This document shows positions 39,411-51,654 of a DNA stretch of 64,000 bases, piece by piece (within the stretch, counting starts at the first letter, position 1; every line of letters starts with the position of its first letter). Origin of the DNA: Phoronis australis (lineage: Eukaryota > Animalia > Phoronida); the NCBI GenBank assembly GCA_002633005.1, contig NMRA01000828.1, positions 62,001 to 126,000 on the forward strand, written 5' to 3'. Both the position numbers and the translations under genes were made by a program. The notes beneath the pieces are model-generated. The model did no database searches. It saw nothing but the letters and a program-made list of their open reading frames with translations, and was not told the DNA's origin.

Positions 39411-40546
39411 CTGCAGGAAATGAACTTTAAACGTGTACAAGAATAACGAGAATACAATCATATCAAAGCAAGAGAGAGGGGAGAAGGGGGGAGGGAGGGA
39501 GGGTGAGAGAGAGAGCAATTTCAAAGCTGCTATCCACCTGCATTCTGCCAAAGCATATTAATTACTTGATTTAGACTAATACCAACAAAACTGGCTTCAG
39601 TGTTCATTACTCTGATCAGAGGTTATTTCTAGGTTTGAGGCTATGCAAAGAGGCACATCAAGTCAACTTAATCACCCAGATTTCGAGCACTGAAGATCTG
39701 TCAGTTCATTTCCAAGCCAGGAAATAGGTTTTGAACACGGACCAATTGGGTTCCAATTTTATCATGGCAAGAGGTCAAATCAAAAGCTACCTTTTGACAG
39801 AAGGTCGCTCAGAGCAATTTTGTACTGAAAACGTAGGTCATAAAAATTGTACTGCATGATGTTAGAATTGAAATGAAAACGCAAGTCATAAACCTTTTAC
39901 TGCACGATGTCAGTTTTGAAGTGAAAACGCAAGTCATAAAACTTTTAACGGATTCCTTTTCAAAGCGGATATAAACCCATACTTTCAGTAAAAAAATGCA
40001 AATTTTGATTAAGACCACTTACCATTATGAAATTAGTCTCAAATTGTTCCTAGTCATAAATAGATGAGACTTCCAGGCTTGACAATAATAGACAATTCAT
40101 CATGTCTACAGGCCAAACTCACACATTTTCAGTTCACATCACAGCTTCAACTGAAATATTCTGAGCTTGCTATGAAGAATGACAGGTCTTCCCAAACCCA
40201 GAGACCACTTCTCAACTGAGTAAGGAACAAGAACAACCCACTGAGGTATAAGCTGATAAGTGGCCCAACTCAGAACTTGGATTTTTGACAAAACAAAGGT
40301 TTAATGTTGCTTGATGGCCTATAAAATATAGGTACAGTTGTGCTGTATTACGAGAATTTAAGCCAAATATATGAATACTGCACCTTTTGAATCCTGGGGA
40401 CGATTTTTGCTACGGTCTTCCACACTCTGAAAAATAAAACAATTTTCAAGACAATCAACTATTGAGTGAATTAATGACAAGAAAATTGCAGTCTGCAAAG
40501 TCAATTCATAATTTAGAGAGCTCTACACAGATTAACACAAAAAGAA

Positions 40547-40655
40547 AGGTATATTGATAGCAATACAATGGGAGTCAATTACAAGGTATATTGATAGCAA
40601 AACAATGGAGTCAATTACAAGGTATATTGATAGCAAAACAATGGAGTCAATTACA
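40547..40655. repeat. About 36-bp tandem repeat x3
   Basis: AGGTATATTGATAGCAA(T/A)ACAATGGAGTCAATTACA repeated three times. Confidence 0.85.
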
Positions 40656-41308
40656 CGACTAAATTTCATTCTGGGATATAAATGTTAAAGGTGAGCGCTG
40701 TAACAGTTTATGTTTTGAGCATCTTTTCTTTTTTTTACAAAGATAATTAAAACAAAGTGTTATGACAAACAGCGCATAACCTTAGCTGCCTAACAGTTTC
40801 ATGCGAGTCCAATCCCATATTGATGAGATATGAAATTCTGAAGCCATATTTTGACATTTTGACTCCTACAAAACATTACCCTCAGCATGCTGTTAGTGTT
40901 TTCATAGAACTGTGCATTTGTTAAAACAGTTTTCAATTGATGAGTAGATTAGTTAAGCATTATGAAAACTATCCTACTTGAATAACTAATTCATAATCAT
41001 CAAAGGTCGTGTTTTCCATCAAACAGAATGTTCAGTGATTGAAGGTGAGCGCTCACAGTAAGTACACAACCAGCTAATAAACTCGCACAGTCACATGGTT
41101 GTTGAGTTAACAAACTCTGTACAGGGTATTCAAATTGCTCTAAACTCTGTTCATTTATTTCAAAATCTGCTAATAGCATTAAACAATATGAAGTACCAAT
41201 TTAACTAATGAGTGTGTTTGTGTGTAGTTTCATACTTTCATTACGTAGTTGACAAAACAAAGCATATACCAGAATCCTGTCCAAGTATTTTTGTGGCAAC
41301 CCTATTAC

Positions 41309-41506
41309 CTACCACAAAATTAATGGTATAAGGTATGTTGTTTTCTGTCTCCAAGGCGACTGTCTCTTCCTCAGTGGGTTTCCGTCGCGTGAATATGTCC
41401 TGGCCAATCATGGTCGACTTCCACTTGTCGCGACATGTGTTTGCCGAGTACCTCATAAGCCATGACATGACCAGCTGCTCCTCACCATCACACACATGAC
41501 ATTGAC
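41309..41506 (-). CDS. Tandem-avidin gene exon 4 (domain 1 C-terminal part + inter-domain linker)
   Basis: gtgtcaag|...|gtaata; GQCHVCDGEEQLVMSWLMRYSANTCRDKWKSTMIGQDIFTRRKPTEEETVALETENNIPYTINFVV; 198 nt. Confidence 0.88.
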
Positions 41507-41757
41507 CTTGACACAGATATAAATAATTACCTTAATCAGTTACATCTTTGTTTGGCCTTGACACAGATAGAAATAATTACCTTAATCAGTTACATCTTTG
41601 TTTGGCCTTGACACAGATATAAATAATTACCTTAATCAGTTACATCTTTGTTTGGCCTTGACACAGATATAAATAATTACCTTAATCAGTTACATCTTTG
41701 TTTGGCCTTGACACAGATATAAATAATTACCTTAATCAGTTACATCTTTGTTTGGCC
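41506..41757. repeat. 50-bp minisatellite x5 overlapping the exon 4 splice acceptor
   Basis: CCTTGACACAGATATAAATAATTACCTTAATCAGTTACATCTTTGTTTGG, five nearly perfect copies. Confidence 0.95.
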
Positions 41758-43517
41758 AAAGTACGATTAGAAAACAGACAATCATCAGCATAATATACAG
41801 TAGTCTTATGAATAGACAAAACGTTGAGTTAATATGAACTTTTTTATTTGTGCGGCGATTGTCCGTTTTCTAATACCTTGATCAGGTAGCTCAACCAACC
41901 CATTGAAGTATGCCAAATTAATGAAGTTGTTATTAGGAACTCGGTCACCTAACTGTGTAAGCTGTACTGAATATCCTTAAGGTTAACTTAATATGCAGAA
42001 CCATAGAAAATTGGCCAAACTTGACTAACCTCAAAACATCTTATCTCACAAATGACTGATCGGACTCCTATGAAACTTTCACCCTGTTTTATGCCGCACT
42101 ATTCTTCAAAACAATGAAAGGAGTTGTTTTTAAAGTGCTCCATTTTTGCGAGCTGTGAAAAATAGGACATTTAATGAATAAAATTTTGTGAATATGTTAC
42201 CGATACCGTTGTTTTGCTAAGGATGTACCTTTTGTTTTTGCTCATTTTACTAAAAAGACATGGTCATGTGACCCAATTCATAGCAAAATGGTACAAAGCC
42301 AAATTCCACAGGCTTTCTACTATGAGGAAATATATTTCTACTGAGTTACAACGTATAGTAGATGATTTGCTAAGTGGATCGACACGTCCATAAGGTGATG
42401 CATAACCTTCAACCCAACTTGCCACAAGCACCTCTAGACAAACATCAGGCTCCAATTTATCAAGTGTTTTCCTAAACAATTGAGATGCACTGTTATGTAA
42501 TGGCTTATCAGACCCATGTGCACTGAAATTATTTCTACTTGATTTCCATGACTGCTAATAGCCAATCGAAATAAACCTAATCTGTAATTTGTGGAAAGTG
42601 GAGCCAGATCCTGGATAGAATTTAGTGACAATAGCAGCAGTACCGAGAGCGTAATTATAATTAGGATTGAAAGAAAACAAAATCAACAATTAAAATTCAT
42701 TTTGATGACAAACAACTCATCTGATGGTGAACAATAATCTTAGAAATACTAGTACTCATATGGCACTCAATAACAATCGTGGAAAGACAAAAATAAAAAA
42801 ACAATTTCAACGTAAGCCAAAAACTATTAACGAATAATTCAAAAGCTATCAACTACTGACAAGTTATAACATGAGCACCAAGGTGAGGGGTAGGACAGCC
42901 AGTCAAGCACGTGTCTAGGAACATCAACTTTCAATGAAATTTTCAGATTTGCACACAATCAAAAGGCGATTTCCTCAAACTTCAAATTCTGTAGAGCAAT
43001 TTTATGAAAATTGGTTGTATATTTCTGAGCCTCAAGGGTCTGAATTGATTGGCACCAGTTTTGAGTAACTACAACAAAAACAGTAAATCTTTCAACTACT
43101 TGCTACACACACAGTATGGCGCATGCGTAAATATTTTGTCTAGTGACCAACTTCAAAGTACTAAAGATAAAACATCTATGAGTTTCCATGACAACAACAC
43201 TGTAATCAGTGAAAACAATAAGTGACAACTTATTTTATTTGTGATTTGATTTTTTGGCACGTCGCAAAGCGAACTCAAAGCACTGAACCAGTGCTAACAA
43301 AAAATTCAAAAAAGGCGAATAAGAATTTTACACCATCATGAGTTTTAATTGATGAAAATGAATCGGAAAAATAATAACAGAATTCCCATGTCACCAACCC
43401 TGTTTGTAACACCCTGTTTGTAACACCCTGTGTGAAGGTCCCATACCAGTAGATGAGCAGTCATCCATCTTAATCCCCTGAACACATACTACGATCATCG
43501 GAACCAGCAAATTTTAC

Positions 43518-43601
43518 CTGTCCAGGTTTTTGTTACTGCGCCGTTTCTAAATGACACGCTGAATCCGAACACATCACCTGCCTTGGCATAGGGCATGTAA
43601 C
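43518..43601 (-). CDS. Tandem-avidin gene exon 3 (domain 1 middle)
   Basis: tgtttcag|...|gtaaaa; GYMPYAKAGDVFGFSVSFRNGAVTKTWT, matches avidin FGFTVNW...TTVFTG. Confidence 0.9.
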
Positions 43602-44439
43602 CTGAAACAACATAACATCATGCTGATGGAATATTGAAGGAAAAAGCTCCAAGAATAGCACCAGCCAACTTTGAAACGTAATTATGGTAATTCCATACTA
43701 CAAAGCTATTACACTTGTAGCATGAAAAGAAACAAGTGGCGAGCAGCATTTCATGTAGTTCCCCACATTTGAAAATCAAAAAGCGGACAAATGAATCTAG
43801 ACCATTTCATATATGAAAATTATCAGCTGCATCACCTAAAAACACTGCGCATCAAGAATTAAAGATTAGGCTAATAAATATAAAAATGTAAAAAAACAGT
43901 CAAACTTAATTTTTTTGTGCATCCACCTGCCTCAATTGACAGAATTTTTAGTTATGCCTGGAATTGGTAAATCATATCGAAAAGCATAAAAATACACTAT
44001 AATGTGTCAAATTCACCACATTTTAAAACGCCGGATATTTCTATGGTGTAGCCAGATGCGGGACAAGGCCTTAAGATGGTGGACCATTCTGCCAAAAGAG
44101 GGAGGGTTGGCAAGCGCAAGCACACATTCCATGAAAACACTAAATGCCGAGAAACACGAAATATAATTTTCAAGCAGACAGGAGTAAAAATGGAGACTGA
44201 ATACCTACTCAATTCCCATATTATTAACTTTAATTTGATGGCGCTGCGTTAAAATATCGAAACTGCATCTTCTTAACACAGATTCCGCTGGAACTATCAG
44301 TAGCTGTAGTGTACACCTCAGTCATCTTTATCATTTCAATCAAAGCAAAAAGAGATTACAATTACCAGCTAATCTGTTTATAGTGACTTGTTGACATGGC
44401 TACAAGCATTAAAGGTGCAATATACCCGGGCCTTCTGTA

Positions 44440-46639
44440 CAGGGCTCGACATAACGAGCTGCAGGTCGCATTTGCGACCTGAAATTTGGTAATGCGAGCT
44501 GAGATTTTTGTCAAATCGCAAAATGCGACCTGGAATTTCCAACGAATGCGAGCTGAGTTTTTACACTTCTCAACAGATACCTGGCAAATACAAAGCAGCT
44601 CTTGTTAATCCGACCGTTATTTGGTTGTTGCCAATTCCAAGTTCAAAAGAACACTAACCGAGAACAGCCCTTCTGAGGACTTGTAAGCAAGTCGCGTGAA
44701 CGTGGGATATGCAGAATCGATCTTTGACGCGTGTCATTGGCTAACACTTTCGGCCACTTTTGTAAATTCCCGGATTCGCCGAAGAAAGTTTCGGGCCACT
44801 GCTTTACACGTGATAAAACTTCACAAAATAACGGTGTTTCTATTAATTCTTAAGCGATAAACTTACCAAACTTTGTGGTGGACAAAAATATTTATTTTTC
44901 ACAGAAGATGTCCTTATTACATGTACCAAATATCCACGACAATATCCCTGATATCGCACTGCGGCACCGTTAACGCGCACGCAGTCCCGGCAGACAATCG
45001 TGACTTAGACTGAGATGTGCTTCTCCTTTTTATCGTATTAAGACAGCCAAAGTGAAAATGACAACCTTATTAATCGCCAAACGACGGTCACGTCTTTACT
45101 TTCAGTTGCCAAGAAATTCTCAAACCCTTTACTTGTTTCTGGGGCTACGTGCGCGAAATATGATTTGTCTTTCACACGTTGTTGCCATCGTAAAGTGTAG
45201 GCCTACTCCAGCGATTCAAGTGTGTGAACTCACGCGTGCACCACTTCAAAGAACAGCGACAGTTCTAAATGAAAGAGTATACCGTCTTGGCTCTGGTTTA
45301 TTTGAAATTGAACTCAGATTCCAAGCCGTTATAAAAGACCCGATGTCCCCGGGACCGATATAACCCAGAACTGAAGTTTTCCTGTTTTAGTACGATGTTT
45401 CCCGAGGTCGGTGTTCTGTAAACCCTGTATTCTATGCCCGTAGCCAGCTATTGCAAATTGCAACTTAACTAGCAGTAGATGCGAAATTGTGGTTGAAGTT
45501 ATTGAACATTTCATTCTTCTCTTTATACACCCCCCCCCGGCAACTTTTCGCTCCCCGAACCACCGTCGCCGTAAAATGTTCAGACTCCTATAGAAACAAC
45601 CTTGTTCCGGCTGAAGCGGGCAGTTAAAAACAAAATCATTCCGGGTGGCTAAAAAGGGTACAATGTAGGTGGTAACGATATCCAGAAAGTCACCCCTACT
45701 AGATGGAGTTTGCCTCGCAAAATCGTATTATTATAACGTTTCTTACCATTACAGCGTTTTAATATCTTATTACCGCAAACACTGAGGTTAACGACTATGC
45801 TCACGCACAAGCCTACTCCCTACCTTTAAAGTGTTTCATAATAAGCGCTCACTGATCTACATGTATTAAAAGTCTCCCCTTAAATTTTGAGAATTTCCAA
45901 TTATGCGCCCACACTTCAAGCTAGCGCCCATCATAGCGCACTACAAACGACCGCGTGTGGTTTAAAATTGACACGCAGCTTATATGGTGTGTCACTTTCA
46001 TTTTACACAACTTGAGTTTTCAAAAACGTCTTTTCACAATATGTAAAAACCAAATCCCAGCTTTGTTTTATACCTTGGAAAGAAAGTTAACACTAGTGAC
46101 ATGCGTGTCGTTTTGTGAATGACCTATTTTTTCCGTACTTGGAAGGTATTGAAGAGCAAACTCGCCATTACCCAAGTTAGTTTGAATCTTTAACGACTTT
46201 GAGGACAGCCAGTAGCAGGCCAGATCTTACAAAATCCCGGATACTTTTTCAACGGGCATTTTCTCCCTTTTCACATCGCAAATTTAGCTACTCGAATGCA
46301 CAAGTCAGTTAGAGAGCACTGATTCAACTTTCACGTCGGCAACTTTAATGCCTTGCGCTCTAGAGTCTTTCAATGGCGGTTGTGAAGAACAGTAAGGCCA
46401 TACCTGCATGAATGAAGTCAATTTTGAGATCCGAAATTTGTGAGTATTTAACAATGCAGGTAAGAGCATAATCTAAACATTTTCTCGATGATCTAAAAAA
46501 TCTATTTTGGCACGTAAAAATGGCGGGAAAATTTTGCGACCTGGCATTTACTAATGCGAGCTGGATTTTGAAAATGCGACCTGGGATTTTGGCTAGGTCG
46601 CAAAATGCGACCTGGCGATTTTAATAGCGTCGAGCCCTG
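44440..46639. mobile_element. 2.2-kb non-autonomous TIR element in avidin-gene intron 2
   Basis: Termini CAGGGCTCGAC...GTCGAGCCCTG, subterminal TGCGACCTG/TGCGAGCTG repeats at both ends, flanked by CTGTA direct repeat. Confidence 0.8.
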
Positions 46640-46772
46640 CTGTAAGAAACAACTTTTGATTTAGGCAACCTATAATTACAAAATCAGACTAGTTTGTACG
46701 TAGGACTCCACAAAAATGCCTAAATTCAATTGACTTCGGAACATTAAACATTAGGTTATAAGCGGACTGTAC

Positions 46773-46931
46773 CGTGTAGTACTGAGTGACTCATCCCCCC
46801 TGTGACACCAATGGCACGTTCCAAGTCACTGTGATACTCTCCATAGAGAAAACCACCGTCCAATCTCATCAAAATAACCTCTTCTCCAAGCTCATTGTAC
46901 CAGGAGCCTGCAATGGACTTGCACTTTGAAC
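46773..46931 (-). CDS. Tandem-avidin gene exon 2 (domain 1 start)
   Basis: ttgttgcag|...|gtacag; GSKCKSIAGSWYNELGEEVILMRLDGGFLYGEYHSDLERAIGVTGGMSHSVLH; 159 nt. Confidence 0.92.
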
Positions 46932-48657
46932 CTGCAACAATTAAAGTCAAGCAATAACCAATCCTGAATATTCCAAACAAGAATGATTCCCAAATGCAAT
47001 TCGGAAGCGTTCACTTATTAAGTCATCACTCGAGGGTAGAAAAGATGACAATTAATGATAATGGGAAGGTAGTTAGACTTATGGTGAAGTAAACGTACTA
47101 ATAGTGAAGTCTATTGTGGTTTAGAATATCTCCATCATAGCTTAGTACATACCATTAGGACAAAATACATTACTGTAATAAAATTTGCATTTTCTGTAAC
47201 GTGAACTACATTCATTTGAAGACTGTCTGTTGGTGTGTAATGCTTATGCATCCATCAGCAGTATATGAATGTAAGTTTTGATAACCATAACCCTGTCCTA
47301 CATTCAACAAGATTAGGAAGACTTCCGATGCAAACACTGTAGTTATGTTCATATATTTAGCCACAGTGCGTAGAGCAAATTGTTTTAACTCGATGTTTCG
47401 TATAACTGTGCTTGTATACTATGTTCGTTATTGTACTTTGGGCCTCTGGCCTAAAATGCAAATAAAGTGTGGTATGGTGGGACACTTCTGCTGCTGACAA
47501 CAATATCCAACCACCACATAACACATTCGAATTATTACCTGAACTGATTGTATTGTTTGTAATGAAAATAAAGAATGACCATTTGATTGCTGAAATTCAT
47601 TACAGAATACAACAGCAGCAAATGCAACTTACAATTACATAAGAATCATAAAAACGGAATATACAATGAGCTGTAGTTTCTTCCAAATACAAAGGAGGTT
47701 AACTGTGATGACGTAATTAGAGACTGGAAAGGGGATTATATCATGACGGGTAATGACAGTCTGGGGGGAAGTTATATCATGATGACGGGTGATGACAGTC
47801 TGGGGGAGGGTGTAAATAGTGGAAACACTTGGATGACATATGTGAACTTTATAGAAATGTCTAATCTGGTCTACTGTTAACTGTTCCAGGTAATGTTTTC
47901 TCCAACATCACACTCAGAGTTACACTACCTACCGGTATTTTCCATAGTCAAGCCCATGATGATGTATTTGAAAAATGGAAAGTTTGAGGTGTTTTAGTGA
48001 CACCAAATAAACGTTTCATCAGGTGAGCTTATCTACGGAAAACCCTGCTTACAATCTATCACCCTTCAAGGAGTAATAAAATCATTGCCGATGTGATAAT
48101 TGCTCAGCCCAAATATACAAAAGAAGTTAATTGCAGTGATATTCCTGACCAAATATGAGCCTGTGCCCTTTGGACTCACCTGATGATTTCAGGTGTACCT
48201 TTATTCAAAAAGTTGTACCCAGCAAAAACTTAGTGTAATCAGTGTGACAACATATGAAACAGAAACCCTCAAGCGCAATCAAAATATGAACTACGTCATG
48301 TTTTACGCGACTGGCTGTAAGCTGACTAGAACCTTGCAGTTTTGGAAGAGTGTTAATTTTAAAAGATGTGCCTGGGGGCACACTGCTGCAATACACTTGC
48401 CTATTCCTTTTTGACGCACTGGCGCAAAGTCGCAGTCCAAGAATATCCCAGTAATTGGCAGTTCATGGTGCTTGATTGTATCAGTGGACAAAGTAATCAT
48501 AAAGGAACGCAGAAGAAATCGACACAATGTAGCCAAACAGTTTGCAAACTACACTTATTTTGTTTGTAAGAAAAAAGCTGAGCATAAGATATTTATCTGA
48601 CACAACGGAAAATTATGAACGATGTCAGTATGTCTTTTATGAAACGCTAAAACATAC

Positions 48658-48736
48658 CTTCAACAGAGGACAGAACAAAGCAGGAGATATACACCAAGAT
48701 TGAAGACAATTTCAGCCACACCTCCACCTCAGCCAT
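48658..48736 (-). CDS. Tandem-avidin gene exon 1 (signal peptide)
   Basis: gccATGG context; MAEVEVWLKLSSILVYISCFVLSSVE G|gtatgt, phase 1 fits exon 2; upstream acceptor ttctgacag near 48756 suggests a non-coding first exon. Confidence 0.82.
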
Positions 48737-51001
48737 GGCCACACCTGATCTTAGCCTGTCAGAAACACAATCAAGTGTAAGTGACTGGGCCCTTGAAAGG
48801 CAGAACAGATGGTCAATACAGCAAATCCTGGATGAGAGTCATGCTTCGATTACGTTCTCAAGCAATTTAGATGTAAGTGCTCAGGAATAATACTCATTAG
48901 ATTACATTAGGACATTCTTTAAAAGCAGACAATAAAGGCACTGCATGTTTTTAGTACCAAGTATCTTCAAGCAAGGATATACCTTAACCGAAACAGGGTA
49001 GTCGCTCCTATTTTTACCACGCCCACCGCAGTGTTATAAATGACCAGTTGCTGATTTGGGCAACTGAACGAAAGATTGCTGAAAGAAAAGTTTGATTACT
49101 GGAGTATTTGTTTGAGTTGGAAGGTCAAACATCGACGACCTCCTAAGTCGTCCCTCTATGCGTACTTATAATTAAATGACTGATATTTTCATCAGATATA
49201 ATTCACCGAAAAGCTTCCGGCATATGAAGCTCGTTTCATTGGCCAAATGGATGAATGTTAGGCATGTAAATTATGTGCGCAAGTTATTATTGTTGTTAGA
49301 GGTGCAAAGTAATAATGTGGCGTAAAGTAATTAATTTACACATCTTTACGCTGCAAACGCCATTAAAATTTACTTTACGCGGCAAATAATTATTTTACGA
49401 AGCAAATAATTACTTTACAACACCTCTAAAAAACTACCATACGCCTCAAACAATTATTAACTTTGGCATCTAATTTACATGAGTAACGCTCACCCATTTG
49501 CCTAGCCATGCAATGATATTGACAGGAGCTTCACTGCTGTGCGTGAACTTGGAATCCTGCTTAATCTCAAGATTGAGTATGCGTGAACTTGGAATTGAAT
49601 ATTCTTTAAGGAAAGGAGAAATTTTTGTTCAGTGAAAATATTTTTGTACTTAATTTAGGGTGAGCAAACCCAAATACAAATTTCATCAGAAACACTTGAA
49701 AATAGTGTTAAATGATAGCTTTAGACATGCCGTTTATACAACTTTTTGAATTTTTCAAATCGGTTCGAGTTATTTGAATTTTAGAGCCTCAGAAATGGCC
49801 TTTTTTTCAGCAAACGGCACCCAGAAATTTCAGGCCACAGAAAATGGCAAGTTTAGACAACTATATTTGGGAATCCATAGCTCACAGTGTTCTTTAAACA
49901 AGATGGAGAGTCCTTTGCAAGTAGGTTAACAACATGGCATAGACACCAAACCACAAATTATTACATTTTGCACGAACAAGAACAACAAAAATTAAAAAAT
50001 TCACCATCGCCTTAGTTTTTTTCGACTTGTGACAGGACATTTTTGCCCTTGAAGCTAAGTTGAACAAGTGATGTTTTAAAAAGAGAGCAACTTATTACCT
50101 TGAAAATGACAAAACACTTCAAGAATTACTATGGTTTAGTGAACATGTTTCTTTTGCGCCAAAAGATTTTGAAATAACTCTAAAAAATGAAATTTGCATA
50201 GCAAATGAATTCAAAATGAGCAAAAACCAGAAAACTAGTCTTTTTTAGAGTATTTCGTTATTCATTTAAAAACCTATGAGGTTATGTAAATTAACCTTTT
50301 TTCCCAAGTAAGATCAATGTTTTCACAATCTTAAGTTGCACTCCAAATGACAAAAAATGATAATATGCATTTTTAATTAAACAAAATTAAATTGGACCCT
50401 ACAATTTCAACAAATTTTAAATCAATTTCATTCCTATCAAATAATATAGAAACTGAGAGGTATTGTGTTGGTGACTATCCAAAAAGAGCATATTTGTATA
50501 CTAAAATGTTTTGATGCACTGCAGCGGTGACTGAACATTTATTTTCGTGAAATATGTAATTTTTTAAAAATGAAACTGATCACAGCGCCCCCACGAGGTA
50601 GTAAAAGTGTAACAGAAAATATTTTTGAAGAAAATAGAAAAAAATGACTCTATCCCCAAAATTGAAGTAAATTAAATTTCAAAAGTATTCTATATTATTT
50701 TAATGAAAATATTTTACCAGGTTTGGGCCACTTTTTGTAATTTAGAGAAGTTTTGACTGGTTCTGTTGAATACATTTGACCAATCAGGTTCGAGTTTAGT
50801 TTGAACCCTGCAAAGGTCAACATGGTTCTTGAAAAATGACTGAAGTTACCTTTTTAGAAGTGTTCCTAAATGGAAATGGTGAGATAAAGTGAAAAAATTT
50901 GATCAGGAATGGATTAGGACATGATAAGTGATTATGACATTGAGTGTACACTTTCAGGATTTTTCCAGGTGAGAGAGTGGCGAGGCAGTAAATTAAAAAA
51001 N

Positions 51002-51119
51002 ACTTTGATGGTTTAGTCGGTGCGAGGCATAATTCGCCGAAAAGCTTCCGGCGTACAGAGCGCCTATAGCCTCTACATCGCCTCTGCTTCGGGCCAACAG
51101 AGGCGATGGTCATTGCCTA
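51002..51119. mobile_element. Terminal fragment of the long-TIR element family, cut by assembly gap
   Basis: Nearly identical to 52484-52605, ending GATGGTCATTGCCTA. Confidence 0.85.
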
Positions 51120-51401
51120 CTGCGAGTGCTGCAGTGTCAGTGCCATGGGGCCAGCAGTTGAAAGTGGTGGCTGTCTATATCTATCTGACTTTAGTGGCTG
51201 CCGGTAACAACACTAGCATAGAGGATAGTAGACCTGCTCAAATGTCACGGTTCGTAAAAAAATCTAATGGAGAAAACCTAGGAGGCTAAAACAACTCCCA
51301 GAGAAAACCGACAACCTTTCACGCCTGTCTCATGATCACCTTGAAACACTTTACGGCTAACTTTGCGACATATCAAAAGCTTTGTTTATTGTTTCCAACA
51401 G

Positions 51402-51489
51402 ATGGAGCTGGGAACACTGACCTATTTCTGTGGAAGGCGACTGTTGACAAGTCATGAACGTTTTTCATCAACTTTCTTGAAGAGGATGA
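51402..51489 (+). CDS. Candidate 5' coding exon of ARL6IP6 homolog
   Basis: ttccaacag|ATG...A|gtaagt; MELGTLTYFCGRRLLTSHERFSSTFLKRM; phase 1 compatible with 52629; no homology recognised. Confidence 0.4.
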
Positions 51490-51654
51490 GTAAGTCTAAC
51501 GCTGTGACTGCTAAGAGTTTGTTGTGAGAATCGTAACGTTGTTTAACTAGCCCTCACTTTCCTTTGGATGGTGCAGCTAAACACCGTTTTAATTTAAAAA
51601 GAAACAACAATATGTTATCTTGTTTTGTTATCGTAGTTATTTCTTGATCCACAT

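Noticed and set aside
41506-41757. CRISPR-like regular repeat array
   Set aside because: Units are contiguous with no unique spacers; eukaryotic intron context; no cas genes.
51121-51203. Hydrophobic segment PWGQQLKVVAVYIYLTLVAA|gtaac as an ARL6IP6 exon
   Set aside because: Plausible phase-1 donor, but its 5' side is cut by a transposon end and a gap, and splicing it to 51402 gives a stop; cannot be supported over the alternative.
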